The notes beneath the pieces were generated by a model. That model had not been told where the DNA came from. It made no database searches and saw only the letters and a list, made by a program, of their open reading frames with translations. Shown piece by piece: positions 21,744-35,488 of a stretch of DNA of 64,000 nucleotides (positions are counted from its first letter, which is position 1; the number at the start of each line of letters is the position of its first letter). This DNA is from Oopsacas minuta. Its lineage: Eukaryota; Animalia; Porifera. The stretch is taken from contig JAKMXF010000298.1 of NCBI GenBank assembly GCA_024704765.1, positions 310,001 through 374,000 on the forward strand, read 5' to 3'. The position numbers and the translations under genes are program-made.

Positions 21744-23105
21744 TTATCTGCTATTTGTACTCTTTTTGAATGAAAAGCATCCACAGCATTTCACAGAGGT
21801 TTCTTGTACAGGAATTGGTTTAGATTCCGGGAATGTTTGGATTGGTGGTGGGGGAGGAAAATCTGTAGTTTGCCCTGACCGGGATAATTGTTTTTCAAGT
21901 GAGTGAGATGGGCTAAGTGGCAATTTGTTCTCCATTGAAGGAGAGCCAGTAGGATTGAGGGGTAACTTGGAGAGGAGTTGTCCCATAGGTGTAAGAGATT
22001 CTTTACCAGACCAATCGAATGCATAATCCTTATACCATTTCTTCTTTTCAGATAGAGTAATAAATAACCCTCGTAAATATGTATAATCAGGGTCTTCATA
22101 GAAATCTAATCTACGTACATACTCTAAATACTTTGAGAATTCGTCTGGAAATCCTTGGCATAGAATCTCAATTGGAGTACATTTTTTCTTTTCCCCGATT
22201 TTTTGATATCTCTCTTTCAATGTCGCAGCTCTAAGACCTTGCCATGGTAGGCTACCACGTAGGAAATACATGAACATATGACCCAACGCTTCTAGATCAT
22301 CTCTTCTACTTTGTTCTTTCCCCATGTGTGTATTTATACTCATGTATCTTGCTGTTCCAGTCAGGTTCTTATGATCACGATATGGAATGTGTTTTCCTGA
22401 GAAATCGCGATATTCCTTCGCAAGGCCGAGATCGATTATATTTAAAACGTTTATTTTGCCCGTGCCAGGACGGCCAATTAGAAAGTTTTCTGGTTTAATA
22501 TCGCGGAATATTAGCCTGCAACTGTGTACATATTCAATTCGAGTAATCAGCTGTAAGGCAATTAATGTTACTGTTTTAGTTGAAAATCTCCGATTAGAAA
22601 TTTCAAATAAATCCTCTAAAGTAGGACCCAATAATTCCAAAACTAAAGCATTGTACTGTCCGAAAGGGCAGAAATAATGTACTTTAGGAATTCCCTCTGC
22701 TTGTCCTAGCATTCTATAGAACTTGTACTCGAGATGGAGTTGTGGAGCTCGTACCTGCATTCTCTCAAGTTTAATAGCAACATGTTCACTTGTGTGTAAA
22801 TTCTTTCCTAGTCTAAGTTCCCCAAAGTTCCCTGACCCAATCTTCCTGCCTAGACGGAAACTACAATTCGCTCCGTTATCGACAATAGTCGGTCTAGTTG
22901 ATGATGCAATTGCAGATGGTGGTTGTAGCGGCATAGGAGCACATCCGTCACTACTCAGCTGATTTACCATACTATTGCTTACCATATTTTCACGAGACAT
23001 ACTCTTTGGTAGAATCAAATGTGAACTGTATAGTCCGGATGCTGGGTGTGTATCTGCTGAGTTGTGTGATAACTTGGCAAGGTGTTTATATTCGTATTCA
23101 CACAT
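21744..23105 (-). CDS. CSNK1G: Casein kinase I gamma, intronless
   Basis: [68 protein letters not shown] and a C-terminal CCGC palmitoylation cluster. Confidence 0.95.
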   Translation of the reverse strand: MCEYEYKHLAKLSHNSADTHPASGLYSSHLILPKSMSRENMVSNSMVNQLSSDGCAPMPLQPPSAIASSTRPTIVDNGANCSFRLGRKIGSGNFGELRLGKNLHTSEHVAIKLERMQVRAPQLHLEYKFYRMLGQAEGIPKVHYFCPFGQYNALVLELLGPTLEDLFEISNRRFSTKTVTLIALQLITRIEYVHSCRLIFRDIKPENFLIGRPGTGKINVLNIIDLGLAKEYRDFSGKHIPYRDHKNLTGTARYMSINTHMGKEQSRRDDLEALGHMFMYFLRGSLPWQGLRAATLKERYQKIGEKKKCTPIEILCQGFPDEFSKYLEYVRRLDFYEDPDYTYLRGLFITLSEKKKWYKDYAFDWSGKESLTPMGQLLSKLPLNPTGSPSMENKLPLSPSHSLEKQLSRSGQTTDFPPPPPIQTFPESKPIPVQETSVKCCGCFSFKKSTNSR

Positions 23106-23848
23106 CTAATACAACGAATAAAATAAAAATATTAACAAATATCGAATTTAATAGAATTATCACATTAACTATTACGTCATTATATAAACTAATAAATTGG
23201 TGATAACATTTAAAAGGCTAAGAATCCAGTACAGTGAAACATTTCTGTTGGAATGGGGAACTTAGGTCCTATCCATAGCTGTGGTTCAATCATATATAGA
23301 CTGTAATAATGACATGTCATGCTAGACTTGCAACAACTCTACAACTAATAGATACTATTTTAATTTTTAACGAACTATCCAGCAGAAAAGTATTGCAGAG
23401 ATATCTGAAGAAATTACACTTCAAACAAGATTATGTAATAATTATACACACACTTATTATAGATATCAAGTTAACCAAACAAAGGAAGCTACACGAGAAC
23501 TCTAAACCTCGAAACTATATTTCAAATAATAGCATAATATAATTATGCTTAAAAACAATTAGATGGACATTTAGCTGAGATGGCTCGTGCATTACAACTA
23601 ACTACTAACTGTTGTGCGTATTACTATTCATTTGAAGTTTCATGCCAAATACAACTTTATAGCAGCAGGGAACAAATCTTTACAAGATATCAACTGTGTT
23701 TATAACTTAAAATAGACGAAAACCACCATCCATGGTTAAATATCGAATTAGTAATATAGGGACAATTGTCGTCAAAACAGATGGAGCTAATTCTATTATA
23801 TAATCTCATTAAAATCCACAAATGTCCTATGACATATTAAATCACAAG

Positions 23849-26305
23849 TTACATAAAATCCTTCATTTTAACCTGTCTACGTATAGCATCAGTAACTCCC
23901 TCATTATATCTAAACCTGATAAAGAATTTAGAATATTTCCTCTGTAGAGTATTTTGTATATTATGATTTGAATTAGAAGTGTCAATTATACGACCAAAAA
24001 AGTCTTTAGCTATATATCTATGCTCTTCAATAGATTTTGCATTAGATTTGTAGAGATTAGTTGAGCCTAAAATTGGGCCAGATTTCTTAACTTCCTGCGG
24101 TTTATTCTCCTTATTGTGTCGTGTTGATAATCGCTCAGCTCGGATCATTTTCTCTACATCTACTTCTCGAGCAATCAGCTGTTTAGCTCCGTAGCTTAAA
24201 TACTCTCGGGAGGAGAGACCTGCGAAATGTATCAGTTGCTCTACTGGTGGATCAAACACATATTGATACTGTGCATTTAATCCCAATTGTTGCTTATAAG
24301 TGAGATTATAACTAATCATAGTATCCACCAGCTCAGACAGCTGATTTTTTTCCCTCGGAGAATACAGCTGTGTGTTTATGGGACGCATAGCTGGAGATAC
24401 AATAGTAAGCAAGTAAGGAAGTATATCCATATTGAGAGTAGTAGGGAATAGATAAGCACGTGTATAAGGCAAAATACCGTCAGTTAAAATTTGAAGTATT
24501 TGAGTTTGTTTCGCTTTATTTTGTACGTTTTCCGAATGTTTAACTGGATAGGAAAGGTAAGGGAGTTTAGGTGATGAATAAAGGAAATGGAAATTCACGG
24601 CAATATATGGAAAATACGCCATTAGAGAATATCGTTGTGACGTCAAAATATAATTATTTAAACGATCATAGAATGCAATCCATTCAAGAGCATCTCTCCC
24701 AGATTCTAAGTAAGAATCCTGCACTTTTTGTTTCAAAAAGTTTTCAAATATTCCCATCGTAGATTTTTCATATTCTCCAGCAGATAGAGAAGTTAAATAT
24801 ATTTTATCGAATCTAGACGTACTTCCGGTATTAGGGAGAGATTTCGCGTCAGGTCTACGTTTTCTATTCACTGGCAAATGAAATACTTCCTTCCAAAGGT
24901 CAAACAGTCCCTTATTTGCATCCTTCCTGTCAACTACTTTAGAAGAAATAACTTCAATTGAAATATCTTTAGTTTGATAAGAAATAAACTGAAGTGAGTT
25001 CAAACAAGCACGGATATCATTACCACTTCGTTCACATAACATCATTAACGCAGTTATATTAGAATGTAGCATTTCTTCACTACAAATATATCCCAAACGA
25101 TTTGATAGTTTAGTTGTTGCTGTTTGTGGGAAATGTAATACTAAAGCCACTGGTTTCAATTGTCTCAGTGCATTAGCGTATAAATCATTACAAATACATA
25201 TAATAGGCCGTGAAAGTAGCTGAATTGATTTGTTCTTTTTTCCTTTCCCAGTTACAGTATTAACCAGTACTGTAATAGAGTTTAGCGGTGCTCCGTCTAT
25301 CTCATCAAGTATCAGACATTGCGGTCTATGTCGGTTTGTAATACTCGATAAAGTTTGTGTTGTTGCTTCAATCCGTGAAGTGAAAGCTTCTGGTGAGCGA
25401 TCATCTGACGCGTTTACTTCTACTACGTCATAGCCGGCATGTTCTGCAATTACATGTGCTAGTGTGGTCTTACCGAGACCTGGTGCACCACACAGTAGAG
25501 CTAGTTTATATTTAGGCCTATTTGTATCATCAAGAGTAAAATCATCAACATTTTCATTTGTAGTATTTTTCTGAAAAGTGTTTTCGATTTTGTTGTTGTT
25601 ATTGTTTGTGTTATTTTGTGTGTTTTTAGCATATTTAGGTGTATCTCCACCAAATACTATAGGATCCCATAATTTAAGCCATTTTAATAGTTTTCTATTG
25701 ACTCCATCATCACTGAGTAATTCTGTATAGAGATTAGGCGAGTATTTGTCTACCCAGAGTTTTGAGTTAATTTTAAGCGATTGGGTTGTATCGATACTCG
25801 TGTTTGGTTGATCAGAGAGTGTTAGATTTCGCGATATGTTGTTGTTTAGGTCAATATTATCCTCCTCACGGATTGCCTTCTCTATGGTTCTCTTGTGTTG
25901 TAGATCATAAGCTTCTTCATATAAATCTTTAAAGTTTCTATCTAACATTCCAGTTCGCCTTTGCAGTATTTCGGTGTGAACCAGGGTCTTGGTGTCTCGT
26001 ATTCTCAAATAGAACCTTTCTCCAGTGTCTGTATCAGTCACAGTCATATGTTCCCCTTCAGGACATCGTCTCAGTACTTTAGTGTTACGAGCCTTTTTCA
26101 GTAGAGCTTCTGTATCCCAACTCAGACTAAAATTACTCTCATTATCAAACTCTACATCATTCGGTAGTATGTAATCTTCTTTTACACGTTTCTGTTCATT
26201 GCCAGATGAATTATTTCCAAAAGGTAACTCAATATCCTGTGGAACGAAAATATTTTCATCATTGCTGAATTCAATATGCGAAAACTCTCCAAATTCTGCA
26301 CACAT
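23849..26305 (-). CDS. CHTF18: Chromosome transmission fidelity protein 18 (RFC-like clamp loader), intronless
   Basis: LWVDKYSP, Walker A GAPGLGKTT, EVNASDDRS, LILDEIDG, RPIICICNDLY and C-terminal FRYNEGVTDAIRR. Confidence 0.96.
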   Translation of the reverse strand: MCAEFGEFSHIEFSNDENIFVPQDIELPFGNNSSGNEQKRVKEDYILPNDVEFDNESNFSLSWDTEALLKKARNTKVLRRCPEGEHMTVTDTDTGERFYLRIRDTKTLVHTEILQRRTGMLDRNFKDLYEEAYDLQHKRTIEKAIREEDNIDLNNNISRNLTLSDQPNTSIDTTQSLKINSKLWVDKYSPNLYTELLSDDGVNRKLLKWLKLWDPIVFGGDTPKYAKNTQNNTNNNNNKIENTFQKNTTNENVDDFTLDDTNRPKYKLALLCGAPGLGKTTLAHVIAEHAGYDVVEVNASDDRSPEAFTSRIEATTQTLSSITNRHRPQCLILDEIDGAPLNSITVLVNTVTGKGKKNKSIQLLSRPIICICNDLYANALRQLKPVALVLHFPQTATTKLSNRLGYICSEEMLHSNITALMMLCERSGNDIRACLNSLQFISYQTKDISIEVISSKVVDRKDANKGLFDLWKEVFHLPVNRKRRPDAKSLPNTGSTSRFDKIYLTSLSAGEYEKSTMGIFENFLKQKVQDSYLESGRDALEWIAFYDRLNNYILTSQRYSLMAYFPYIAVNFHFLYSSPKLPYLSYPVKHSENVQNKAKQTQILQILTDGILPYTRAYLFPTTLNMDILPYLLTIVSPAMRPINTQLYSPREKNQLSELVDTMISYNLTYKQQLGLNAQYQYVFDPPVEQLIHFAGLSSREYLSYGAKQLIAREVDVEKMIRAERLSTRHNKENKPQEVKKSGPILGSTNLYKSNAKSIEEHRYIAKDFFGRIIDTSNSNHNIQNTLQRKYSKFFIRFRYNEGVTDAIRRQVKMKDFM

Positions 26306-28827
26306 GTAGAAACGAATATCCTATCAACTCAGCAAATACAGAGTTTGAATGAGGAAATCGCTAAAAATAGAATTCGTGTAATGAATTAATTAATATATTT
26401 TCCAACATCATTGAGATTAATAACATATGCCAGACAATATTATGATGCATTTTCGTTAATAATGATTAAATTTATCAAAAATATTGCCACCTAAGTGGCC
26501 TAGTTTGTTTAGTCGGCAGAGTTAGGAGTTGAGAGCAACTGCAAGTAACGATTATACTCATAGAGTATAGTATAAATAATAGCTTAATAATTAATTCATT
26601 GGGGGAAATGTACTGCTAATGATAAACTAATTTTTGAATATAATCAGTAAATATTGCAACAAAGCAAATATCTAGTCAGAATGTGCAAATTAACAATAAT
26701 TATGCTAATTCAATATGGGGACAGTCTAAGTATGTCTAATGCATGTATTTAGAACTTTTGGGAAGACGATATTCAGAATAATAGATAAATAATCGATTTA
26801 TGTAAAATTGTAGAAGTAGAATTATTATATTTTGTATTTTATACAAAGGAATTGGATTAATGAAGCTGGTAATACAACTACGGAAAAGAAGTAAGTTTAT
26901 TCAGCAAAACATGATGGGATCTCATCATCTAATTCTTACAATTTATGGCATTGCTGTTGGCAAATTTCTTCATTCATGGGTAACAAATGCCCAATATCGT
27001 ACCATTATAATTGTGCACATGAAAAATTATGATAAACAATAACAAAATTCGTGCTATCGCCCAAAAATTATAATTTTGATGCTGGTGTTAGACAGACAAA
27101 GCTTAAACAACTAAATCAGTAATTACGACTCACGAACTCCCTCCCAATACAATGAGAGTAGGTTGTAATGTAGCATATTATTAGCAAAGTATATTCAATT
27201 CAACTAATAGAATCAAGAATACACCTAGTAAATATAATCTCTGTTACCCAACTATTAAATATATGACGCAATTACGTTTATAATCATCTACAAATTAGCT
27301 ATTCACATCAATTCTTGGATAAATATAGATAGTAAAATGCATAATCATTTGAATGGCGTATACATGATATAAAATATTTGTAAGATTACTTGTTTGTGAT
27401 TGAAGTTAGTAGGAATCGCGGAATTTACCAGATATCCTTATAAAAGTATATAAGAAATAACCGATTATCAATTAACTTGTAAATATATTAATGAGGAGAA
27501 TAAAACAAAGAAAACACAACAAAGATTACAATGCAACAACTAGATTGAATTGGGTTCTAATGGTTATGCAAGGTAAGTGAGAAATTTGGATTTTCGTGTG
27601 CAAATGAACGGGCCCGAACAATTTGCTTCGAATGTGCATAATATTTAGGAGAGATTAACAAAACATTATTGTTATAGAGCTAAAATGGCGTACAAGATGA
27701 ATCATATTATCGTAGGTTGAAAGTCTACGAGGATTAGAGCTTAAGTTCGAGATGAATACTATAAAAAATTGGATTTTTAGAGCAAAATTCCCATTACATT
27801 CTTCAAAACTATTCCTCCCGGAATCACTTGCACGGTCTTCGGACTTACTATTTAGATTTTTAACAATTCTCTCAGTCTGAAATTTCTTAATCCAACCCTG
27901 AATTCTCAATTTCCAGGGCGCATTTTTGACATCGAATATATGCAAAATTGTTGTGTAATTTCCTTGAAGGACGGCGTTTCAAAAATACTCTGAACTCGCT
28001 AAGACTTCTACTGAATACTCTATTACTTCGTCTTTGGATTATATAACATATCTTTACATAGAATAAATAGATTATTATTGCTTTGTTTCAAGGTGGCCTG
28101 AAATGTGCACGGGTCCGTATTTTTTTGGCCCACCCGGTATATGGATATTTTGGCTTTATTTTCTTAAAAGAGGGAAAAAGTCATAAAATTAGAACTCCAT
28201 GAATTTCGAGGAAAAAATGCAGGTAAACAGTTACAAGGGGTTGGTACTTGGTCAAAACATATAGTTATCGAACAGACCAGTGTGTATCCGTGTAAAATCA
28301 AGAAAGATAAACAGGCGGTAAATAACAACAATTGTTGTTGTTGTTTCGAACAATTAAACCGTCTAGCCAGCAAAACAAAAGATCTATTATGGATAAACAA
28401 ACTTTATAGAAATATAATAGAACACTTTAGGGTGTTTTAAAAATACACTATTTAAAGCATAATCAAAGAATTACGCAAATAATGAATTAATTGCTGTATT
28501 CTTATTTATGATTAAAATAATAGTATCATATACGTATTATAATATGATATGTATGTACTTGAGTGGATTGTAGCCGTTTGTCAGTAGATGAGGTTACACA
28601 GACTATGCAGAGATTGTTATAGATTAATTGGGACACTTTTATATATGAATTATGTAACACTTAAACGCGATGTTGTTATGCATAACAAAGGAGGTTGATT
28701 TTGAAAAGATGACATCTGAAAGGGACTAAATAAATTGACGTGGTCATCGGATATTACTTATGAAAGGATGTTATTAGTATAAATTAATGATTGGTGGACT
28801 AAATTAAAGGTAAGTAATTCAAAAAAC

Positions 28828-31213
28828 ATGAGTACTGTATCAGCTACAAACAGAGATTTACTGTGTCGAACTCCGCTCGGTTTTAATGCTAACAAAGCGG
28901 AAATAAATAATTGGAAGTTAGCAACTCTTCCCTCACTCCTTCATTTCACAAATTTAGATATATTTGGGTCAGCGAAGGACCAGACAAACCAGGAGAAACC
29001 ATATAGTCCTTTCAATGATTATTTCGGCTTGGCTGGAATTATTAAGTCATTTGGGAATATTGGAGATAAGGAGCGTGTGTATCCCTCACATGAAATGGAA
29101 ATTCAAAAACTCAAGTCAACATGGCAGTCTAATAAACAAATATTAGATAGAGATGAGTGTTTCAAATTGGAAGATAACACGGTAAGTCTTTTCAATTAAT
29201 ATTAGCCTGTTTTGACTAATTTATTATCAAACAAGCATTCAGGTATAGACTGTTACAACAATTAGGAACAACACATCTAGAATTAGCATATGCAGCGTTT
29301 GATAATCAAATCGGGCTTAGTACACACACACAAACTGAATAAATCAGGATTTTAACATAAATAATTAGTGTTTGAAATAATAGTGGCTTTAATAATTAAT
29401 TTCAAATTTGACGACGATTGCTCTTTTTATTAATCAGTGATAATTGCGGTTATAAATTTTAAGGTAGTCAGCGAGTAAATTGAGTTTTTGTGAATTGTAA
29501 AATGATTACTAGTTTATTTCCTTAACTAATGACTTCGTCGAGAAATCACTTATGACGAGATTCTATACTAAACTAAACTCTCGTTACAACGAAGTGCTAG
29601 GAATCTCGGTTTCAATTCGTTATATGCGGTGTTTCGTTGTAAGCGGAGTAAAATCAATCAGTTTCAAGCTGTAGGGGAAAAAAATAACTTAATAAAAACA
29701 AGAGTTTCGTGATATCCAACTTGGTTACAGTAGTTTAAAGTATTTGTCTGTAATATTATGTCGTTTTTGACAAAAATTTCCCTTTTTGACATATTTTCGT
29801 CCAGGAGTTCATATAGAAATTCGTAAGTGTAGAGGAGAGGCAATTGACCTTGTTCCCTATAAATGAATCCTAATTATACTTGGCTATTTTTGTTGTTAAA
29901 ACTCATCATACATTCAATTCCTAGCAAATATTATGTTGTTCATCATTTTGCCGAAGCGAAAAAAACGATTTACAAATCTAGCAACCGACTTTATCAAATC
30001 AAAACAATATTCCAATAGATTGGCTATGGAGAGCCTCTTAGCAATGGTATATGGAATAACACTGATACAGACTCATCAACACATACGTCCCCTCTTACAC
30101 CTTCACAGACATTCTCCTCGTTCTCACACTTTGATAACGATCTTAGAATAAATGCTAATATACAACATCATGTAGTTAGCATGCTACAAGCAGAGGAAAT
30201 GCTGAAAATAAAAAGAATGGAAGGAAAGCCTCAGCGTGCAGGTAGTATTGGTGATGAAGATTCGTTATCAGAAGGAAGTAGTAATGGAATTTGTCCTACC
30301 CGTGGTTTGATGTCAAGTGCTGTGTCAGCTGCCATAGCAAATGGTCTAGCCAACATGAATGTAAGTATATAATTAAATTTTGTATATACATTTCCCGGAC
30401 AAACAGTAGAAATAGATTTTCCCCATTTCCTCACAAAGGGAACAAAGACAAATTATCCTAAGGTATTTACAGCCAAAAGCCTATTTCTTACAATTGAAAT
30501 AGTTTCGGAGAGAAATATTCGATAATTAAGTAACCTAGCGATCAAAAAGATTTCAACACTAATTGGTTCAAAAATGTTTTGAAATTGTCAATGAAAATTC
30601 TATTGTTCGAATCCATCCTATAACTCTACACAAATTGATAACTCTAGTAATAATAATAGATTTTACTTGAATAATAATTGCCAACGAATCTTGAAATTCA
30701 CACTTGCCAGCCTAATACTAGCACCAAAATCAAACTAGACTATGTGTATTCCAATATGCGTATCAGGAGAAATGTTATAAAAATAAAGTGGAAAATTATT
30801 ATGCTACTATTTTCGTGCATCGCATTTGTAATTCTACACAACTTAACATATATTTTTTGAAATATTAATTTGACATTTGCAATGGCTTCCAAGGTGTGTT
30901 TTAGTTGAATTTGTAATTATGAATAATAATATTTATTAACTTGTTTTGACAGGGATCAGATGAAAAGTTTCAAAGACATCGACGCGTTAAATTATGTGTA
31001 TTCTGCCGTAACAATGGCGAACCAGAGAGCGTCTTCAAAACTCACATTCTCAAGGATGCAAATGGTCGAGTGAACTGCCCAGTTCTACGAGCGTACACAT
31101 GCCCCACCTGCGGTGCTTCTGGTGATGACGCACATACACTCAAGTATTGCCCTGCTACACAACCTACCATTATATACTCGCCTGGTATCCCTGACAACGG
31201 CGTCAAGTGGTAG
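28828..31213 (+). CDS. nanos: Nanos, 3 exons 28828-29181, 30019-30360 and 30953-31213 (about 318 aa)
   Basis: Two CCHC fingers CVFCRNNGE...HILKD...[26 protein letters not shown] in exon 3 (missed by the ORF track). NIM-like [14 protein letters not shown] in exon 1. Phase-0 GT-AG junctions. Confidence 0.93.
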
Positions 31214-32390
31214 ATTAGAATGCAGCATGCGTGGGATCACTTAAGGCTTAGAATTTGGGGTTACTTTTAATCAATACTCAACATCATTGGAATTCGTATA
31301 CACTATACAAGCATTTATCCCTCTCTCTCTCTCTCGTTTTAGGATAGTTTTGAGTTCGTATTATAGCATGCGTGATGTTTTTCGTTTGATTGTTTTTATT
31401 ACCATTGCAGAATTGAGATGCTGGTGACTACAGTGGAAGAGTTCAATTATCAATATTACTTCAAAATAATTTGGACATTTACTATATTTTTATTCACCCA
31501 TTTATTTTATTTTGTGGTTCTAATGTCATATGTTACATATATCAATATATTGAATCTTGAGTGAATTTTATTTAGTGAATTATTTAACATAATTGCTTGC
31601 GAATAAACGAGGGGTTAGTAGTTCACTGTTCCCAAAGAAAGCAAGCAACTTGGTAATTAGAAAATGGTTAATTTTTCTTAGAAAAAGAAACACCTAAATT
31701 TATTCTAATAGAATTAAACAAATAGTTTCAATAGTCTACAAAAATGGAAACTTTATTTATTAAGGGGTATATGTTGTGGATAATTCAGTAGTTTTAGACT
31801 CAGATAATGCTGGTATTATTATTATTAAATCAGTTACCACTACTGACTTTGAAATTGGAATTCCATTGTCTTGTATGTGTAGTCAGTTAGAATAATTTCT
31901 AGCAAATGTTGCAAAGCAGTTGTGATTAGCTACCAAATGATTGATAAAATTATAGCCAAAGGTCAAACTGATTTATTCTCTCACTAATTCTAACACAGGA
32001 TATTACAAATTAAGAACATCGACAAGTTGAGCATGATATGAACAAACTTGTGCTTTAAATAGAATGTAATAAATTTAGTAGAATCCTTATATGGTAGTAT
32101 AACTCCTTGTAAGAAATTTACGGATTACAAAATATATAATGGGTTATTAAACTATTCGTTTGGTAAATGTAAATTGAAATTGGTAAAGAGCTGTCACGAA
32201 TATCAGGTCGGTTTTGTGTCTGATCCAACCAGACGAAACATGGCAGTAGCCTTGGGTTCGACCGGTTATTTGTGATTCCTTCGCCTATAGACACCCCTTA
32301 TGAGTGAATATAATACATATCAACTACATTTGATAATACAAAAATGATTATTAATGAATTAATCAAGCATATATGTTTTCAGAATAAATT

Positions 32391-34965
32391 CTACTGAATT
32401 GAAGTACAAACATCGTCAAATTTCGGTAAAAGCAAACTATCAAAATTCTCAATACGATAGCGTACAATCTCTATACCCAACACTTGGACCAATTCTAACA
32501 ATGATTCCCTCGCGGCTCTAGAAGTAGCTAAATTCGCGTGATTCAGTGAGTAGAACAACATTTCAATAAACAAATGAAAATATTTTTTAAACTCTTTCTT
32601 TCCAATACCTTTAGCAACCAACGGCAAAGCTCTACAAATAGTTTCGAATAGTTGAATATGCTGCGAGTAATGTTTGTGCCTTACAGCTTCTGACAATAAT
32701 TGTAATACTTCAAATATATATTTATGCGTGATTTGATTCTGTGAAAGTTCTGCTATAAGATACACACAACCATCTGTACGCATCCATGGTTGTGATATAG
32801 AGTTAATAAGATCTGGTTGAGAAATTTCTTTTTCTCCGGGAACTATGGCAGAAGATCTAAATATTCCATAGAAATTCGGTGGAACAGTTGCGTCATCATA
32901 AACAGGCACTAATTTCTGTTCCTCAACCTGTACTATACGTAGTTTAATCTCGCGGAATACATCAACTAGTACTTTATCCTTAAACACCTTGACTAGATCT
33001 GCAAGTGTAAAAGCCGCACTTTGTCGTGTGGTAGGAATAAAATCACCTAACATGTCAAAAAGCGCGGGTAACATTTCGCTAATCTGATTCAGATATATAT
33101 GAGGAGATAACGGTAGCATAGCAGTAATACAATAGCAAGTAGCTTCTCTCACAGGCCAGCATGGATCTTTCAATGTACGCAGTAAACAGCTACAAATATC
33201 TACTTGATAAATCTCAAGATTATCTGATGGTAATTTTCTACCTAGTTCTCCTATACAGTGTAGAACAGCTGTTCTGGCTGCATGGTTCTCACTTACTGAT
33301 TGACTTAGATAGAAATGTAGAATAGCTTCTAAGTGAGTCTCTACTAAAGATTGTCCTTTTTCAGCTGTTACTATTCGCCAAGTCTCACTGCTGTATGTCA
33401 GTACACCTGTTGCTTCATAGTATCTATAATATTATCAAGTATTATCAGTCAACTCCGTTATATCGAACACACGGATAATTACCAGCTTACTTCAAAATAA
33501 TTATCGCAGTCCCTTGAGCTTCGATATAACGGAAGATGTTCACGTACGTATTTAACATCTTGGGAAACCGGAAATAGTATTTGTAATAAGATAGGGGTGA
33601 TTTCCACTTAATTGGCCAATTTTAAATACTAGACAAAGGAACAGTGCCGCCAGATCATGAACAAGGTACATAGATTTTGGCTTATGGCATGAACTGATTA
33701 TCTGACAACCCAGCAAATGATTACGATAATATCTAAAATCTCTACAGCATAATAACCTGTTTAAACATAGAGGAGGCAATAACATAGGAAAGAATACTTC
33801 CCATTCTGTATTAGGTAGATTAAGAAAGAACTGTCTACAAGCTATACTTGCTGACATCCTAACTTGGCTCCAATCATCTGATAAACCTACACACAAACAA
33901 TCCACTAGCTTATCTCTCCATTTCATACAGGCTCTCAAGCTGTCAACTTCCGCAGTATTCCCTGAAGATTTCTGTACTATTAAACTAATTATATTGAAAG
34001 TAGACTCTCTGACGAATCTGTTGGGATGACGAGATGTTTGTTTTATTAGTTCTATTAAACGTGACGTCACGAATATGTCAAATTCAGCAGGACCTTTGAC
34101 CGATTCGTTGCAACCTTTTGCAACATACCTATAAAGAAAACAAACAAACAGATCAGAGTGTAAAAAGTAAACCTTTACAAATGGGGCCACGCATGTGGAA
34201 ACAGGTAATTTCTGAAAACTGAGTGATGAATAAATAGAGCGAATTGTTAGTCCAATACAAATGAACCGCCACAAGCAGGGAAACAGGGTTGCAATTGTAA
34301 TTATCGGCGTTCCTGGTCTGGCACCCCGTTTTTGGAGGTTACACTGTACTTGAATGAATTAAATTTACGAATAGTATCAATTATCCGTTTGAAACCATGG
34401 ATCAGTACCTAATAGTCTCCAGATAAGATTCCAGATATTTCCAAGTCAAAGCATCACTCAATTCATCAGTAGGGTTAAAGTTCTTTCTTTTCGGACTAAA
34501 GCTAGAATTGACTGTTTGAGGATCTTTGCTTAAAGTAGAAATAGAATAATAATGTTCAGCTTGAGATAAAACTGTTTCTTGTAATTTTGAGAAACATTCA
34601 AAACCGTAAACTTTAGATAAAACTTCAAGAAGTTTCGCAGTTTCATTTCTAATCGCAATTTCTTTAGATAGTATCAAAGTGTTATATTTCGCGAGGTATA
34701 ACTCAACAATGGTAGAATTAATCTTCCCTAATTGTGTTAACATCCCAATTAGGAGGAGGAGCCCGTGTGTCGCCTCCCATGTAGCCGATAAAAATTCTGT
34801 ATTCAATTTCTCGGATATAAACCTGTGTATTTCTGTAATATTATTATCTGTAATTACACAGTTTTCTACGGTACTATTTATTAGAGAAATAGCTTTCTCT
34901 CTCTCTAATCTCTTCTTACTCTGTGTTTGAGTTAGTAATGTTGGTATGTCAGTGTCAGTATCCAT
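32391..34965 (-). CDS. Uncharacterised HEAT/ARM-repeat protein, 3 exons 34965-34409, 34128-33757 and 33423-32391 (about 653 aa)
   Basis: HEAT-like motifs NRFVRESTF, GLSDDWSQVRMSASIAC, LLPPLCLNR/YY, NHAARTAVLHCIGELG and DPCWPVREAT. Exons join in phase. Confidence 0.8.
33446..33538. mobile_element. Internally deleted MITE family A in the HEAT-gene intron
   Basis: CAGTCAACTCCGTTATATCGAAC ... CTTGAGCTTCGATATAACGG. Confidence 0.7.
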
Positions 34966-35190
34966 AACTAATATACTTCTATCAGCGAATAAACCTGCCT
35001 AACAACACAGGAATGCAGTAATTATAGACCTAGATATACATTTTTACCAGATAGGCCATGGAGAATTCTAATTGCTTCTATGACTATGAGGTTGATTTAC
35101 AATTAAGGATTTTATGGGTGTGATAGTGAGACCGAGCCCACACAAAATTAGAGTGTCCCAATTATTACTTCAGTGTTTTAAATAAAACTA

Positions 35191-35387
35191 CAGTCAACTC
35201 CCGTTATATCGAACAAGGTTACCTGTATTGAATGCGTACCCGCTTATATCATCGAAGTCTGAAATAAACCCACACCGTCAAAGTGACATAGCTATAGATA
35301 TATTCCATCTGTTATATTAATCTCCGCTTATATCAAAGTAATTATCACTGTACCTTGAGCTTGGATATACATAACGGGAGTAGACTG
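35191..35387. mobile_element. MITE family A, TA target-site duplication
   Basis: TA-CAGTCAACTCCCGTTATATCGAAC ... ATAACGGGAGTAGACTG-TA. Confidence 0.85.
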
Positions 35388-35488
35388 TAATAGAAGGAAA
35401 TCTTAGCATCTGAAAATTTAAATATCCCTGCCTCAATTAACCACATAAAAACTTCACAATGAAAGATCAATGCAACCATACAATACAT

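Noticed and set aside
26400-28800. Coding-like texture and short ORFs (26860-27042, 27655-27945, 28164-28400) upstream of nanos
   Set aside because: No family motif, consistent splice chain or paired TIRs could be established. It may hide decayed sequence but cannot be supported.
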